Source: Streptococcus mitis
GTDB lineage: Bacteria > Bacillota > Bacilli > Lactobacillales > Streptococcaceae
Direction: 5' to 3'
Assembly: GCA_001914195.1 (NCBI GenBank)
Contig: MKYF01000001.1
Coordinates: forward strand, 46,595 to 110,594
Length of the DNA stretch: 64,000 nucleotides
In this document: positions 39,830 through 49,759 of the stretch, one piece after another
How the letters are laid out: each line of letters begins with the position of its first letter
How positions within the stretch are numbered: position 1 is the stretch's first letter
Translations under genes and position numbers: made by a program
The notes under the pieces: model-generated
The model's input: the letters and a program-made list of their open reading frames with translations, nothing else
The model's database searches: none
Told to the model about the DNA's origin: nothing

Positions 39830-40929
39830 CTCTTGTTATAGTATGGGGTGAGGAGTGGCATGATGTTGCTGTCATGCTTTCCATCACTAAATTTGACAAT
39901 TCCTGTCCCTATTCCGCTAGGAACAACAATATTTTCAATATGAGCGTTTGGCAATAAAAACTGAGTGGTGTTAGTATTTATCTCTCCCAAAATAATAGAA
40001 CAGTTAATTTGTTCTCTAACTGCTAGATTTCCTCCAAATGCGGTAGCATCAAAACGTTGGGAAACTAGGATAAGTGAAACTTTAGTAGCTCTACCTAGGA
40101 GAGCCACAGTTCCTAATAGTTGTGCAAACGTATCTCGTGCTTGTTTTGAAGAACCCTGAACAAGAGCAAGTAGCTCATCTATGATAATGTATTTGCGTTT
40201 TAATGTAGCTTTTGGGTTTTCTAAAAGTATTTCTTGACGTTCGTAAATCTTATTGATAGCATCCCCCAGAATTTCATTTACTTCTGTGATAAAACTATTT
40301 AAGTTAGCCCCTCTTTTCGGAGACAGGACAGACAGATTTAATTCACGACCTAGAGAATAAATATCGGCACGTTTAGGGTCTACGGCTACAATATCGTCAG
40401 TTATTTTACGAATACACCTAATAAGGTATTCTAGGAAATAACTTTTTCCTGAACCAGATGAACCACTGATAGCTAAATGAACAACATCATTTAGATTGAT
40501 ACTAACTTGGTTTGACATGAGCGGAATCCTAATCTCACTAACTTCTTGATTTATAAAATGTTGGATATCAGGAATAGTTAGTCGAGTTGGAATACCATTT
40601 ACCCAAGGGAAGAAAAAACCTCTAGCAAGATTAGGGTCACCTGTCTTGTATGGGATGAAAATTGCATTACTTTGTAACATAAGCGTTTTATACGGGTAAA
40701 GGATGCCAGAACAGATATCTGCTATCTTAAAATAGAGGCTTTTATCTAAAACATAGGAAACAGGAAGATTGGGAATGAAAAACATTCCCTTATCTTCTGC
40801 CTCTAAAGAAATGGAGAAAGAGTTTGTAAAGCTCGTTTCTCCGTTGATATCTAGTGTATTGTTGAGATTACTTGTAATGAATTTAGCTAATTCATTTTCA
40901 GACATAGGCATTTTAATAGGGATAGTCAT
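39820..40929 (-). CDS. FtsK/SpoIIIE-family DNA translocase (coupling-protein-like, Tn916 Orf21/TcpA-type)
   Basis: 369 aa. Walker A is ISGSSGSGKS, Walker B is IIIDELLAL, and the family-typical motor domain is present. Confidence 0.8.
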   Translation of the reverse strand: MTIPIKMPMSENELAKFITSNLNNTLDINGETSFTNSFSISLEAEDKGMFFIPNLPVSYVLDKSLYFKIADICSGILYPYKTLMLQSNAIFIPYKTGDPNLARGFFFPWVNGIPTRLTIPDIQHFINQEVSEIRIPLMSNQVSINLNDVVHLAISGSSGSGKSYFLEYLIRCIRKITDDIVAVDPKRADIYSLGRELNLSVLSPKRGANLNSFITEVNEILGDAINKIYERQEILLENPKATLKRKYIIIDELLALVQGSSKQARDTFAQLLGTVALLGRATKVSLILVSQRFDATAFGGNLAVREQINCSIILGEINTNTTQFLLPNAHIENIVVPSGIGTGIVKFSDGKHDSNIMPLLTPYYNKRCL

Positions 40930-40939
40930 AAACTACCCC

Positions 40940-41263
40940 CTAAGCTTTGTGAATGCCTGTGGCACGGAAATACGCATTTGATTTAATCTGAATTGCTTCT
41001 AATTTATCAAATGCTATTTTCTCACCAATGTTAAATTCAGATAAATCTGGTTTGTCATCCGGAAGGAACTTCACTTTAAAAGGATTATGAGTATCCGTAG
41101 CAATCCAAATCTGATAACCAATAACTTTATCTGTCCGTTTATCGTTTTTATATTCATACTGTGTTTCTATTTGCAGTCCTACAATATAAGTTGATTCATT
41201 TCCAAGAAGTTTCTCAGCATTTTCTGAGCTATAATAGCTTGATGATTTGACTGTGAATGCCAT
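40940..41263 (-). CDS. Small hypothetical protein upstream of the FtsK-like gene (DUF961/Orf23-like position)
   Basis: 107 aa. The position is equivalent to Tn916 orf22/orf23. The family assignment is by context only. Confidence 0.35.
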   Translation of the reverse strand: MAFTVKSSSYYSSENAEKLLGNESTYIVGLQIETQYEYKNDKRTDKVIGYQIWIATDTHNPFKVKFLPDDKPDLSEFNIGEKIAFDKLEAIQIKSNAYFRATGIHKA

Positions 41264-41365
41264 ATTTTTGACCTTTCTTATTAAGGAGGAGAATAATTTT
41301 TATTCTACAGGAGTAATAGTTGTATTTAACAACTATATGTTGATTTATCTCATAGTGCCCATCTC

Positions 41366-41397
<32 letters not shown>

Positions 41398-41480
41398 GAA
41401 ATGCCACGCGTGGCTAAAGGGAGTTAAGGTCAAGTGATTTTATGTCATCAAAAATTAACAAAAATGTAACATAAAAACAC

Positions 41481-41510
41481 TTGACAGAGTGTTAATTTTT
41501 AGGTTATACT
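41481..41510 (+). promoter_or_regulatory. Near-consensus promoter TTGACA-17-TATACT driving a structured ~190-nt transcript
   Basis: ttgacagagtgttaatttttaggttatact. Confidence 0.5.
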
Positions 41511-41517
41511 CCCTTTA

Positions 41518-41709
41518 GGGAAATAAGATAAGAGATGGGCAAGAGATAAGAAAAAAATTTTTTTCATAAAGAAAAAGGGGAGTCGGGGCGTAGCCCCGTT
41601 GAGATAAGTTAGTTTCGGGTACCCGAAACTAACTAGAATGGGGCAGTGCATAAAAATTTATGCATTATTAAAAATGTAAACAGTTGAGCTTTTCTTGGCT
41701 GTTTTTTTG
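41518..41709 (+). ncRNA. Candidate structured small RNA, or sso/oriT-like region of the IME (several perfect hairpins ending in a terminator)
   Basis: The hairpins are cggggc-gta-gccccg, agttagtttcggg-tac-cccgaaactaact (13-bp perfect stem, 41607-41634), and tgcataaa-aa-tttatgca. The terminal acagttgagc...ggctgt is followed by a T7 run. There is no ORF. Confidence 0.35.
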
Positions 41710-41797
41710 TTTTCTAAAAGAAAAAATGAGAGTTTCTTCAACTTATAATTTATAGTAAAGTTCGGGAAAAATAAATTATAAAATCCTCGGAAATGGC

Positions 41798-41828
41798 TTG
41801 ACAAAAGCATTTCGGGGGGGGGTATAAT
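41798..41828 (+). promoter_or_regulatory. Promoter of CAP-domain surface protein gene with a G9 homopolymeric tract in a 19-nt spacer (candidate phase-variable switch)
   Basis: TTGACA (41798-803), then aaagcatttc plus GGGGGGGGG (41814-41822), then TATAAT (41823-28). The spacer is 19 nt. Losing 1-2 G would give the optimal 17-18 nt. Confidence 0.5.
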
Positions 41829-41917
41829 ATAGTAGGAATATTTTAAATGAGTCTATAAATCGAATGAGGAAGCGCTTGCTTCTTGGTTTTGTTAACGACT
41901 TTTATAAAGGAGACAAT

Positions 41918-44686
41918 ATGAATAAAAAAGATATTTTATTAAGCGCTGGCTTAACAACTATTCTTGTTGGGACTGGTGTTGCAAATACAACTGTCCAAGC
42001 AGAAGAGGTTGATTCTGGTCAACCCAAGCCTACGGTGAAGACGACTCCTGTTCATGTTACAGAACAAGACGTGAACACGGCAAAAGCTAATGTGAACAGC
42101 GCCCAAGCTGATGTCAACGCAAAACACGGCACAGTCGACCAAGCAAAAGCTGATAAAGTAAAAGCTGATGGCAAAATTGACTTAATCAATAAAGACATTG
42201 ACACTGCTAATAACGCAAACAAAATTATCAATGCTCAAAACGATATTATCACCAGCAAAACAGCAGACAAGACAAACGCAACAAATGATTTGAATGCCGC
42301 TAAAGATGGTGAACGTGATGCGCATACAGCACTAGACAATGCTAACACCGCAAAAACAGAGGCTGATAATGCTCGTGACGCTAAGAAAGCTGATGTTGAT
42401 ACGAAACAAGCAGACCTTGACGCAATCACAGATGCTAACGTGCGTAAAAATATCACAAACACAACTGATAAAATTTCAAACGTTGATAATGATTTGAACG
42501 CTAAAGGTGCACAAATCACAGCTACAGACACTAAAATTGCTGCTAAACAAGGGGAAATCGATAACTATAGAGTTAAAGTTATTTCAACAGATTTAAACCC
42601 TGATGAACGTAATCACACAGCTCATGATAATCTTGATGATTATGCGCATAACCACGGTCCGTATCGCAATAAACAAATGGAACCGGTTAATTTCCAAGGT
42701 GTTGACATCAAAGAAATTGATGCAACTAAAGACATGATTGATTTCACAGAGGCTTTAGCGGATTATAAGAAAGAACCGTTTGACCGTGTTACCAGAAAAT
42801 TAAAAGAACGCCCAGCATATCGCTACAAGGTAGATAACAAAGGTATTTCAGATGCATTTGTAAAATTAATTAACCAACTACGTGTTAATAACAACTTGAA
42901 GGGTGATATGGTGGTTGACGATGAGTACCTAGCATACGCGCAAAAACGTGCTGATGAAATGCAGAAAACAGGCCTATTGTCACACCGTACAAGTTTAACC
43001 GACAAACCTGGCTATATTGAAAGAGTTCAACCAGGGGAAAACGTTGAAAACATCCTTGGTGGTGCATATGGTCAACTTATTGACCGTGATGGCGAATATT
43101 TAATGTTCGACCACATTGTAACTAACGAAACATTAGCCTACGAAATGTTGTTGGGTTGGTATGATGACTACAATAACGTGCGAGGTTTAGATTATGGACA
43201 CCGTAAAAACCTATTGACACCAACAGGTGGTAAAATGGGTGTTGCTCTATCTACAATCAATGGTGTAGAAAAAACAACTTATTTCGGTTCATTCAATGCT
43301 AGCGCTTTCAAGGATTCTACTTATGAATGGGATGACGAATACAACGAATTCTTTCAGTTAAACCGAAGTCAGAGTGAGAAGGATTATTGGAACAATAACA
43401 GTAACTTCAAACAAGATGACCCAATGAACCCAACATTATACGGCAAAAAGATGAAGTTTATCGCGGATACTCATTATGTGTTTGTTAAACGTCAAATCAT
43501 CGATGACAGACCAAAAATGCAAGCAGAGTTAGATGCATTGAAAGAACAAAAAGCGACACAAGAGCGCGAACGTGATGCATTGGTTGCGAAGAAAGCTGAT
43601 TTGACTCAAGAGTTAGATGCTTTAAACAACCAATTGAATGATATTGCTACAGCGCGTACAAATGCGACAACAGCTCTAAATCAAGCAAAATCTGATTTAG
43701 CTACACTTACAGCGACCGCTCAAGACAAAGCAGATGCTGTTATTCAAAAACAAAAAGAGTTGGATAAAGCAACTGCTCGTGTAAACGATGTAACTGCACG
43801 TATCAACACAATTCAAAGTGAAATTGATGCGGCAACAAGCAAACGTGATAATGCTATGCGTGTCCACGCGCAATTACCACAATTACGTGCAAGTTTAACA
43901 CAGGCAGAAGCCGATAGAGCAAGTGTGGAACAACGCATCACAGTTGCAGAGCAAGACTTAGCGGATGCCAAAGCTCGTTTGACACAAGCACAAGCTGACC
44001 ACAAATACAAATCAGATATCTTTTCAATCGATAAGATGCTAAATCTATATACTAATGGTAACCGTGTCATTTCAGCAACACCGAAAGTTGCCCCAACAGT
44101 AGATGAATTACCAGAATTGGATATCACAGCTGACATCCCAAGTGATTTGACTACAAAACAAAATCCTGACGGTATTGGTGCGACACCAAAAGTAGCTCCA
44201 ACCGTAGACGAATTGCCAGAATTGGATATCACCGCTGACATTCCAAGTGATTTGACTACAAAACAAAATCCTGATGGTATTGGTGCAACACCAAAAGTTG
44301 CTCCAACTGTTGATGAATTACCAGAATTAGATCCAAGTGCTATCATTGATAAGCCAGCGGACAAGCCGGCAGATAAGTCAGCGGACAAGCCAGCAGATAA
44401 GCCAGCGGACAAGCCGGCAGATAAGTCAGCGGACAATCCAGCAGATAAGTCAGCGGACAATCCAGCAGATAAGCCAGCGGACAATCCAGCAGATAAGCCA
44501 GCGGACAATCCAGCGGATAAACCAACGGATAAAGTAACAGATAAACCGATGGACAAGTTGACAGGACAACAAGTTTTACCAAATACAGGAGAAAATCCTA
44601 GGGTAGCAAATTCAATTGTTACAGTTGGTTACGGATTATTAGCAATGATTGGTTTAGCAGGATTATTTGTTAAGAGGAAAAACTAA
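41918..44686 (+). CDS. LPXTG-anchored surface protein with N-terminal coiled-coil region, central CAP (SCP/PR-1-like) domain, second coiled-coil, 35-aa tandem repeats and PADK repeats
   Basis: The likely start is ATG at 41918 (signal peptide MNKKDILLSAGLTTILVGTGVANTTVQAEE), with an AAAGGAG RBS. The ORF track start 41864 is upstream. CAP-like motifs are GENVENILGG, LLGWYDDY and GHRKNLL. The sorting signal is LPNTGE plus a hydrophobic stretch plus KRKN. Confidence 0.75.
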   Translation: MNKKDILLSAGLTTILVGTGVANTTVQAEEVDSGQPKPTVKTTPVHVTEQDVNTAKANVNSAQADVNAKHGTVDQAKADKVKADGKIDLINKDIDTANNANKIINAQNDIITSKTADKTNATNDLNAAKDGERDAHTALDNANTAKTEADNARDAKKADVDTKQADLDAITDANVRKNITNTTDKISNVDNDLNAKGAQITATDTKIAAKQGEIDNYRVKVISTDLNPDERNHTAHDNLDDYAHNHGPYRNKQMEPVNFQGVDIKEIDATKDMIDFTEALADYKKEPFDRVTRKLKERPAYRYKVDNKGISDAFVKLINQLRVNNNLKGDMVVDDEYLAYAQKRADEMQKTGLLSHRTSLTDKPGYIERVQPGENVENILGGAYGQLIDRDGEYLMFDHIVTNETLAYEMLLGWYDDYNNVRGLDYGHRKNLLTPTGGKMGVALSTINGVEKTTYFGSFNASAFKDSTYEWDDEYNEFFQLNRSQSEKDYWNNNSNFKQDDPMNPTLYGKKMKFIADTHYVFVKRQIIDDRPKMQAELDALKEQKATQERERDALVAKKADLTQELDALNNQLNDIATARTNATTALNQAKSDLATLTATAQDKADAVIQKQKELDKATARVNDVTARINTIQSEIDAATSKRDNAMRVHAQLPQLRASLTQAEADRASVEQRITVAEQDLADAKARLTQAQADHKYKSDIFSIDKMLNLYTNGNRVISATPKVAPTVDELPELDITADIPSDLTTKQNPDGIGATPKVAPTVDELPELDITADIPSDLTTKQNPDGIGATPKVAPTVDELPELDPSAIIDKPADKPADKSADKPADKPADKPADKSADNPADKSADNPADKPADNPADKPADNPADKPTDKVTDKPMDKLTGQQVLPNTGENPRVANSIVTVGYGLLAMIGLAGLFVKRKN
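44075..44530 (+). repeat. Intragenic tandem repeats: 3 x 105 bp (ATPKVAPTVDELPELDITADIPSDLTTKQNPDGIG) followed by ~15 x 12-bp PADK/SADK/PADN repeats
   Basis: The periodicity is visible in the nucleotide sequence. The many antisense or low-complexity ORFs here are artefacts. Confidence 0.85.
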
Positions 44687-44734
44687 ATTAAGGGTGATTA
44701 AAGATAGGAAATTTGAAGTATGAACAAATGAAGT

Positions 44735-45433
44735 ATGAACAAATATAGTAGAGAACAATTGATGGAAATGTTTGGATATAGTTTCCAAGTTTTGAAAGCT
44801 GTATCTGATTTAAATAAAGCTATTTCAGCAGAACAAAATAAAGCATATAGTGGTATTATGGGGAACTATGGCAAGCTTAAAAAAGTATATAATTTAAGTG
44901 TATTAGGTTTTATAGCATTTTGCTTCTTGTTAGGAATTATTCAAGGAACTGTACTCTCGTTATTTGAGTATATTATATGGGGAGCGATTTCCTATGGGGT
45001 TTTTCAACTTCTGTTTTCCCCACTTGTTCTGATTGTAAAAGCTGTGTATAAGCACATTGCAAAAAAAGAATTTACAAATGCTGCTAATAATGATGCTTCT
45101 AATGCTTATCGCCAAAAAGGTATTGAGTTAATGAAAGATGAACAGTTTGTGGCATATAAAAGAGAAATTCCAGATTCTTACTTTAACATGAATGACCTTT
45201 ATTTACTTTATAGTTATTTAGAGACTTACAGAGCCGATAATTTTAAAGAGGCCGCCAATTTATTAGCAGAAGAGAAACATCGTGATAAGGTCGAGTATAG
45301 TCAAGAAGTTATGCAAAAGAGTTTGGCTTCTATTCAAGCAAATGCTACTTATCAATCTGTCATTCAAACAATTCATTTATTAGAGACTCAGAAATTACAT
45401 CGTACAGTGAAAATAGGAGTTTTTGGGGAATAA
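44735..45433 (+). CDS. Hypothetical membrane protein (IME cargo)
   Basis: 232 aa with two or three TM helices in the first half. It is AT-rich, and no family was recognised. Confidence 0.4.
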   Translation: MNKYSREQLMEMFGYSFQVLKAVSDLNKAISAEQNKAYSGIMGNYGKLKKVYNLSVLGFIAFCFLLGIIQGTVLSLFEYIIWGAISYGVFQLLFSPLVLIVKAVYKHIAKKEFTNAANNDASNAYRQKGIELMKDEQFVAYKREIPDSYFNMNDLYLLYSYLETYRADNFKEAANLLAEEKHRDKVEYSQEVMQKSLASIQANATYQSVIQTIHLLETQKLHRTVKIGVFGE

Positions 45434-45470
45434 AAAATGGGAGCTATCTAGTTATAACTAGGTAGTTTCT

Positions 45471-46046
45471 TTGGAAAGGTGTATAATGATGTTATTTTTT
45501 AGAAACGTAGTAAATTATGTAACAAAATACTCAGAATTAGAATATATCCTAGAGAATGATAAACTTGTGATAAAGAACTATTATAAACAAAGTGCAGGAG
45601 AACGAGAAACGTTTGAAGAATATGTTAGACAACGTGGCGTAAGAGTTTATCGTATACTTTCGTTCAAAAAAGTACCTCTAGAAAGGTTTAGTGAACTGAT
45701 TAGGAAAGTTAAAGACTATTGTAAACAGATAGATACTCCTCTTGAAGAAATTGATAATACAAAGTTCCCAGACTACAAGGATAAAAGTTATCGAGTGCCA
45801 GAAAGATTATATGGGATAGACTATTATAAAAATGGTAGTTTGTTGGTAAGTGGTAGAATGCAAGATGTAGCAGTTATCATGAGATTTAGGCCTAATCTTA
45901 GAGAATTTTTAAAGAGTGATAATCTAATAATTGAAGTGGAAGAACGGGACGGGAAACCAATTGGTGAAAGTGTAAAATCTATTTGGTCGCAAGGGTTTAC
46001 GACAATGACGAAAGAAATTGAATCAAATAGTGTATCCGAAGATTAG
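45471..46046 (+). CDS. Hypothetical protein (IME cargo)
   Basis: 191 aa. It has no recognisable motif and has an AT-rich codon composition. Confidence 0.4.
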   Translation: MERCIMMLFFRNVVNYVTKYSELEYILENDKLVIKNYYKQSAGERETFEEYVRQRGVRVYRILSFKKVPLERFSELIRKVKDYCKQIDTPLEEIDNTKFPDYKDKSYRVPERLYGIDYYKNGSLLVSGRMQDVAVIMRFRPNLREFLKSDNLIIEVEERDGKPIGESVKSIWSQGFTTMTKEIESNSVSED

Positions 46047-46086
46047 TTTGCTGTTTATATAAAAATAAATAGTACGAGGTGTTAGA

Positions 46087-46473
46087 ATGCAACTAATAAA
46101 TTATGAAGCATTTTTAAGTGCTAGAGATGCTCTAACTTTTGAAGAATGTCAAAACATTCATCAGACAATTCTAGACAATATTGGTAACGATGAGGAAATT
46201 TTAGAAGTATGGTCTGATTTTTTGCAAGCTAGTATAAGCTATGCTCATATTCGTAGCCAGTGGTTGCTTTGGGAACGTGAAGAGCGTCAACAAAAAGATG
46301 AAGGTAGAACATCAAAGCATGAGCGAGTAATATATTGTCTAAAGCTTCTTAGTCGTTATCTAGGGCAAGAAGGTGTGGACGTTTCATGGTTTGATTCTAT
46401 AGAGGATAACAGAAAGCAAATAGGAGATTTTGCTTGTTATATAGCTTATATCTACTCTATAAATGCTAGATAG
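46087..46473 (+). CDS. Hypothetical protein (IME cargo)
   Basis: 128 aa. It has an RBS (gaggtg), and no recognisable motif. Confidence 0.4.
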   Translation: MQLINYEAFLSARDALTFEECQNIHQTILDNIGNDEEILEVWSDFLQASISYAHIRSQWLLWEREERQQKDEGRTSKHERVIYCLKLLSRYLGQEGVDVSWFDSIEDNRKQIGDFACYIAYIYSINAR

Positions 46474-46477
46474 AAAA

Positions 46478-46503
46478 TGCAGGCTGATTAATGCCTGCAT
46501 TTT
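46478..46503. terminator. Perfect hairpin terminator (aaatgcaggc-tgattaat-gcctgcattt)
   Basis: A 10-bp perfect stem lies 4 nt after the stop of the 128-aa ORF. Confidence 0.55.
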
Positions 46504-46637
46504 GAACTTCAATTATTCATTCAAAAGATTTTACTATTTTCATGAATAAACTTGAAGTGAAAGAATAAAAAATGAAGAGCTACTCATCTGTGAAGTAGCT
46601 CTTCTCTTATATCCGTAATCTCTTTTTATTTATCTGA

Positions 46638-46660
46638 AAATGTAGAGAAAAATGTAGAGA
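46638..46660. repeat. Second copy of the paired direct repeat aaatgtagaga-N1-aaatgtagaga (candidate attR of the IME), ~95 bp downstream of rpmG
   Basis: It matches 36220-36242. Confidence 0.5.
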
Positions 46661-46754
46661 TTCGGCTGATTTGTATTGCAATACATTGAAATTTGAAATT
46701 TCAAGAATCGCTTAAAATCAGGTTTTCTCACGCCTACTGACGTGTAGTGAATCT

Positions 46755-46904
46755 CTATTTAACCTCTGTAAACACAACGTGTTTGCGAAGTTTTGGTGAG
46801 TATTTCTTCAATTGAAGACGGTCTGGAGTGTTACGTTTGTTTTTAGAAGTAAGGTACAAGCGTTCACCAGATTCTTTGTGTTCAAGTGTAATATTTACGC
46901 GCAT
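46755..46904 (-). CDS. rpmG: 50S ribosomal protein L33
   Basis: 49 aa ([49 protein letters not shown]). It is below the 60-aa cutoff of the ORF track and was found by manual translation. Confidence 0.85.
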
Positions 46905-46919
46905 GGTATCTCCCTTCTA

Positions 46920-47102
46920 TTATTCAGCTGATGCAGCTTTAGCGATTTTACGTCCTTTGTAGTATCCTTTAAGTGATATACGGTGAGAACGTGAGTAATC
47001 TCCAGTAGTTTCGTCAAAGTTTACAGATGGAGCTGTTACTTTGTAGTGTGTACGACGTTTGTTTTTCTTCGCTTTTGAAGTGCGACGTGCAGGTACTGCC
47101 AT
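46920..47102 (-). CDS. rpmF: 50S ribosomal protein L32
   Basis: 60 aa. [21 protein letters not shown]... is canonical bL32. Confidence 0.9.
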   Translation of the reverse strand: MAVPARRTSKAKKNKRRTHYKVTAPSVNFDETTGDYSRSHRISLKGYYKGRKIAKAASAE

Positions 47103-47332
47103 TTTGATTTCTCCTTTAGGTATTTATATTCGATTCAATCTACTGATTTTCATCAACCATACTAGGATAACACATTTTTTTTGTAAAGTAAAGTTACTTG
47201 ACAAAAAAAGATGAAAAAAATAGAAGCCATTCAATCTAATTAATCGAAATTTTCTGAAAATTCAAGAATTTTCTTCTGTTCATTGCTTTTAAAATGTGCT
47301 ATAATAGTAAAAACTGAAATGGGAGGGAACAA

Positions 47333-49036
47333 ATGACTGAATTAGATAAACGTCACCGCAGTAGCATTTATGACAGCATGGTTAAATCACCAAACCGTGC
47401 CATGCTTCGTGCGACTGGTATGACAGATAAGGACTTTGAAACACCGATTGTAGGGGTTATTTCGACTTGGGCGGAAAATACACCATGTAACATTCACTTG
47501 CATGATTTTGGGAAATTGGCTAAAGAAGGTGTCAAATCTGCAGGTGCTTGGCCTGTGCAATTTGGAACTATCACTGTGGCGGATGGGATTGCCATGGGAA
47601 CGCCTGGTATGCGCTTCTCCTTGACATCTCGTGATATCATCGCAGACTCTATCGAGGCGGCTATGGGTGGTCACAACGTCGATGCCTTCGTCGCTATTGG
47701 TGGCTGTGATAAGAACATGCCTGGTTCTATGATTGCCATTGCCAATATGGATATCCCAGCTATTTTCGCCTATGGTGGAACCATTGCACCGGGAAATCTT
47801 GATGGTAAAGATATCGACTTGGTTTCTGTTTTTGAGGGTATCGGAAAATGGAACCACGGTGATATGACAGCTGAGGACGTGAAACGTCTCGAATGTAATG
47901 CCTGCCCTGGACCTGGTGGCTGTGGTGGTATGTATACTGCTAATACCATGGCGACTGCTATCGAAGTTTTGGGTATGAGTTTGCCAGGTTCTTCATCTCA
48001 CCCAGCTGAATCAGCTGATAAGAAAGAAGACATCGAAGCAGCAGGACGTGCTGTTGTTAAGATGTTGGAACTTGGTCTCAAACCATCAGATATCTTGACT
48101 CGTGAAGCCTTTGAAGATGCTATCACTGTAACCATGGCTCTCGGTGGTTCTACAAATGCCACTCTTCACTTGCTTGCCATTGCCCATGCTGCCAATGTTG
48201 ACTTGTCTCTTGAGGACTTCAATACGATCCAAGAGCGTGTGCCTCACTTGGCCGACTTGAAACCATCTGGTCAGTATGTCTTCCAAGACCTCTACGAAGT
48301 CGGTGGTGTGCCTGCGGTTATGAGATATCTCTTGGCAAATGGTTTCCTTCACGGAGACCGTATTACATGTACTGGTAAGACTGTTGCTGAGAACTTAGCT
48401 GACTTTGCAGACCTCACTCCAGGTCAAAAAGTCATTATGCCACTTGAAAATCCAAAACGTGCAGATGGTCCGCTTATCATCTTGAACGGGAATCTTGCCC
48501 CTGATGGTGCGGTTGCCAAGGTATCAGGTGTTAAAGTGCGTCGTCACGTTGGTCCAGCTAAGGTCTTTGACTCAGAAGAAGATGCTATTCAGGCCGTTCT
48601 GACAGATGAAATCGTTGATGGCGATGTAGTCGTTGTTCGTTTCGTTGGACCTAAAGGTGGTCCTGGTATGCCTGAGATGCTGTCACTTTCATCAATGATC
48701 GTTGGTAAAGGTCAGGGAGATAAGGTGGCCCTCTTGACAGACGGCCGTTTCTCTGGTGGTACTTATGGTCTGGTTGTTGGACATATCGCTCCTGAAGCTC
48801 AGGATGGTGGCCCGATTGCCTACCTTCGTACAGGCGATATCGTTACGGTTGATCAAGATACTAAAGAAATTTCTATGGCCGTATCCGAAGAAGAACTTGA
48901 AAAACGTAAGGCAGAAACAACCTTGCCACCACTTTACAGTCGAGGTGTCCTCGGTAAATATGCCCATATCGTATCATCTGCTTCACGTGGAGCCGTGACA
49001 GACTTCTGGAATATGGACAAGTCAGGTAAAAAATAA
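47333..49036 (+). CDS. ilvD: Dihydroxy-acid dehydratase
   Basis: 567 aa. The [2Fe-2S]/[4Fe-4S] ligand region is [16 protein letters not shown]. It is full length. An extended -10 promoter (tgctataat) lies upstream. Confidence 0.95.
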   Translation: MTELDKRHRSSIYDSMVKSPNRAMLRATGMTDKDFETPIVGVISTWAENTPCNIHLHDFGKLAKEGVKSAGAWPVQFGTITVADGIAMGTPGMRFSLTSRDIIADSIEAAMGGHNVDAFVAIGGCDKNMPGSMIAIANMDIPAIFAYGGTIAPGNLDGKDIDLVSVFEGIGKWNHGDMTAEDVKRLECNACPGPGGCGGMYTANTMATAIEVLGMSLPGSSSHPAESADKKEDIEAAGRAVVKMLELGLKPSDILTREAFEDAITVTMALGGSTNATLHLLAIAHAANVDLSLEDFNTIQERVPHLADLKPSGQYVFQDLYEVGGVPAVMRYLLANGFLHGDRITCTGKTVAENLADFADLTPGQKVIMPLENPKRADGPLIILNGNLAPDGAVAKVSGVKVRRHVGPAKVFDSEEDAIQAVLTDEIVDGDVVVVRFVGPKGGPGMPEMLSLSSMIVGKGQGDKVALLTDGRFSGGTYGLVVGHIAPEAQDGGPIAYLRTGDIVTVDQDTKEISMAVSEEELEKRKAETTLPPLYSRGVLGKYAHIVSSASRGAVTDFWNMDKSGKK

Positions 49037-49045
49037 ACTCAAAAA

Positions 49046-49075
49046 GCAAGCCAACTTCGGCTTGCTTCTTTTCAT
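49046..49075 (+). terminator. Terminator after ilvD
   Basis: gcaagcc-aacttc-ggcttgc followed by ttctttt. Confidence 0.55.
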
Positions 49076-49098
49076 CTCCAAAAGTGATTTGCCTGCCT

Positions 49099-49294
49099 AT
49101 ACTCAATAAAAATCAAAGAGCAAACTAGGAAGTTAGCCGCAGGTTGCTCAAAACAGTGTTTTGAGGTTGCAGATAGAACTGACGAAGTCAGCTCAAAACA
49201 GTGTTTTGAGGTCGCAGATAGAACTGACGAAGTCAGTAACATATATCTACGACAAGCCGACGCTGACGTGGTTTAAAGAGATTTTTGAAGAGTA
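49099..49294 (-). repeat. BOX element (reverse orientation, two boxB copies)
   Basis: atactcaataaaaatcaaagagcaa ... two copies of ctcaaaacagtgttttgagg ... aaagagatttttgaagagta. Confidence 0.85.
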
Positions 49295-49636
49295 TTAACG
49301 AGGTGGCAGTCCAAGGGCAATACGGCCGTAGCGACTGATTCGTGTAATTTTCCAGGCAGGCGACCAGGTAACTTCAACCTTGACATCTTCGATACCATCA
49401 ATTTGTTTCAGACCTGCAACGATTTCGATAGGCAAGCTTTCGGCACAATCGCAGGCAGTATCGGTGAAGGTCATGACAATCTTACAGAGGCCTGTTTCGT
49501 CTAAATTGATTTCATAAATCAGCCCTAGATTGTAAACATCCAATTCCACATCTGTATCAAAAACCTTCTCTAGTTTTTCGATAATTTGGTCTTGCAAGGC
49601 CAAAGCGCGGTCATTGATTTTGATATCCTCTCTCAT
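49295..49636 (-). CDS. DUF59/MIP18-family Fe-S cluster assembly protein (SufT/PaaD-like)
   Basis: 113 aa. ...VYNLGLIYEI...CKIVMTFTDTACDCAESLP... has the conserved Cys of the MIP18 family. Confidence 0.65.
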   Translation of the reverse strand: MREDIKINDRALALQDQIIEKLEKVFDTDVELDVYNLGLIYEINLDETGLCKIVMTFTDTACDCAESLPIEIVAGLKQIDGIEDVKVEVTWSPAWKITRISRYGRIALGLPPR

Positions 49637-49759
49637 TACAGTCCCTCCACGTGATAAATATCCTCTATTTTCTCATAATTCTGACAATTTGGCAAGTTTT
49701 TGATGAATTTTCTGAAAAATATGATAAAATGAAGAAAATACTGAATCAAGGGGAAGCCT

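Noticed and set aside
43813-44582. ORFs 43813..44556 (-), 44337..44537 (+) and 44343..44582 (-), with repetitive SAGLSAGL / ISQRTSQQ / LAYLLDCP sequences
   Set aside because: They are alternative-frame translations of the 12-bp PADK repeat array inside the LPXTG gene. They are low-complexity artefacts.
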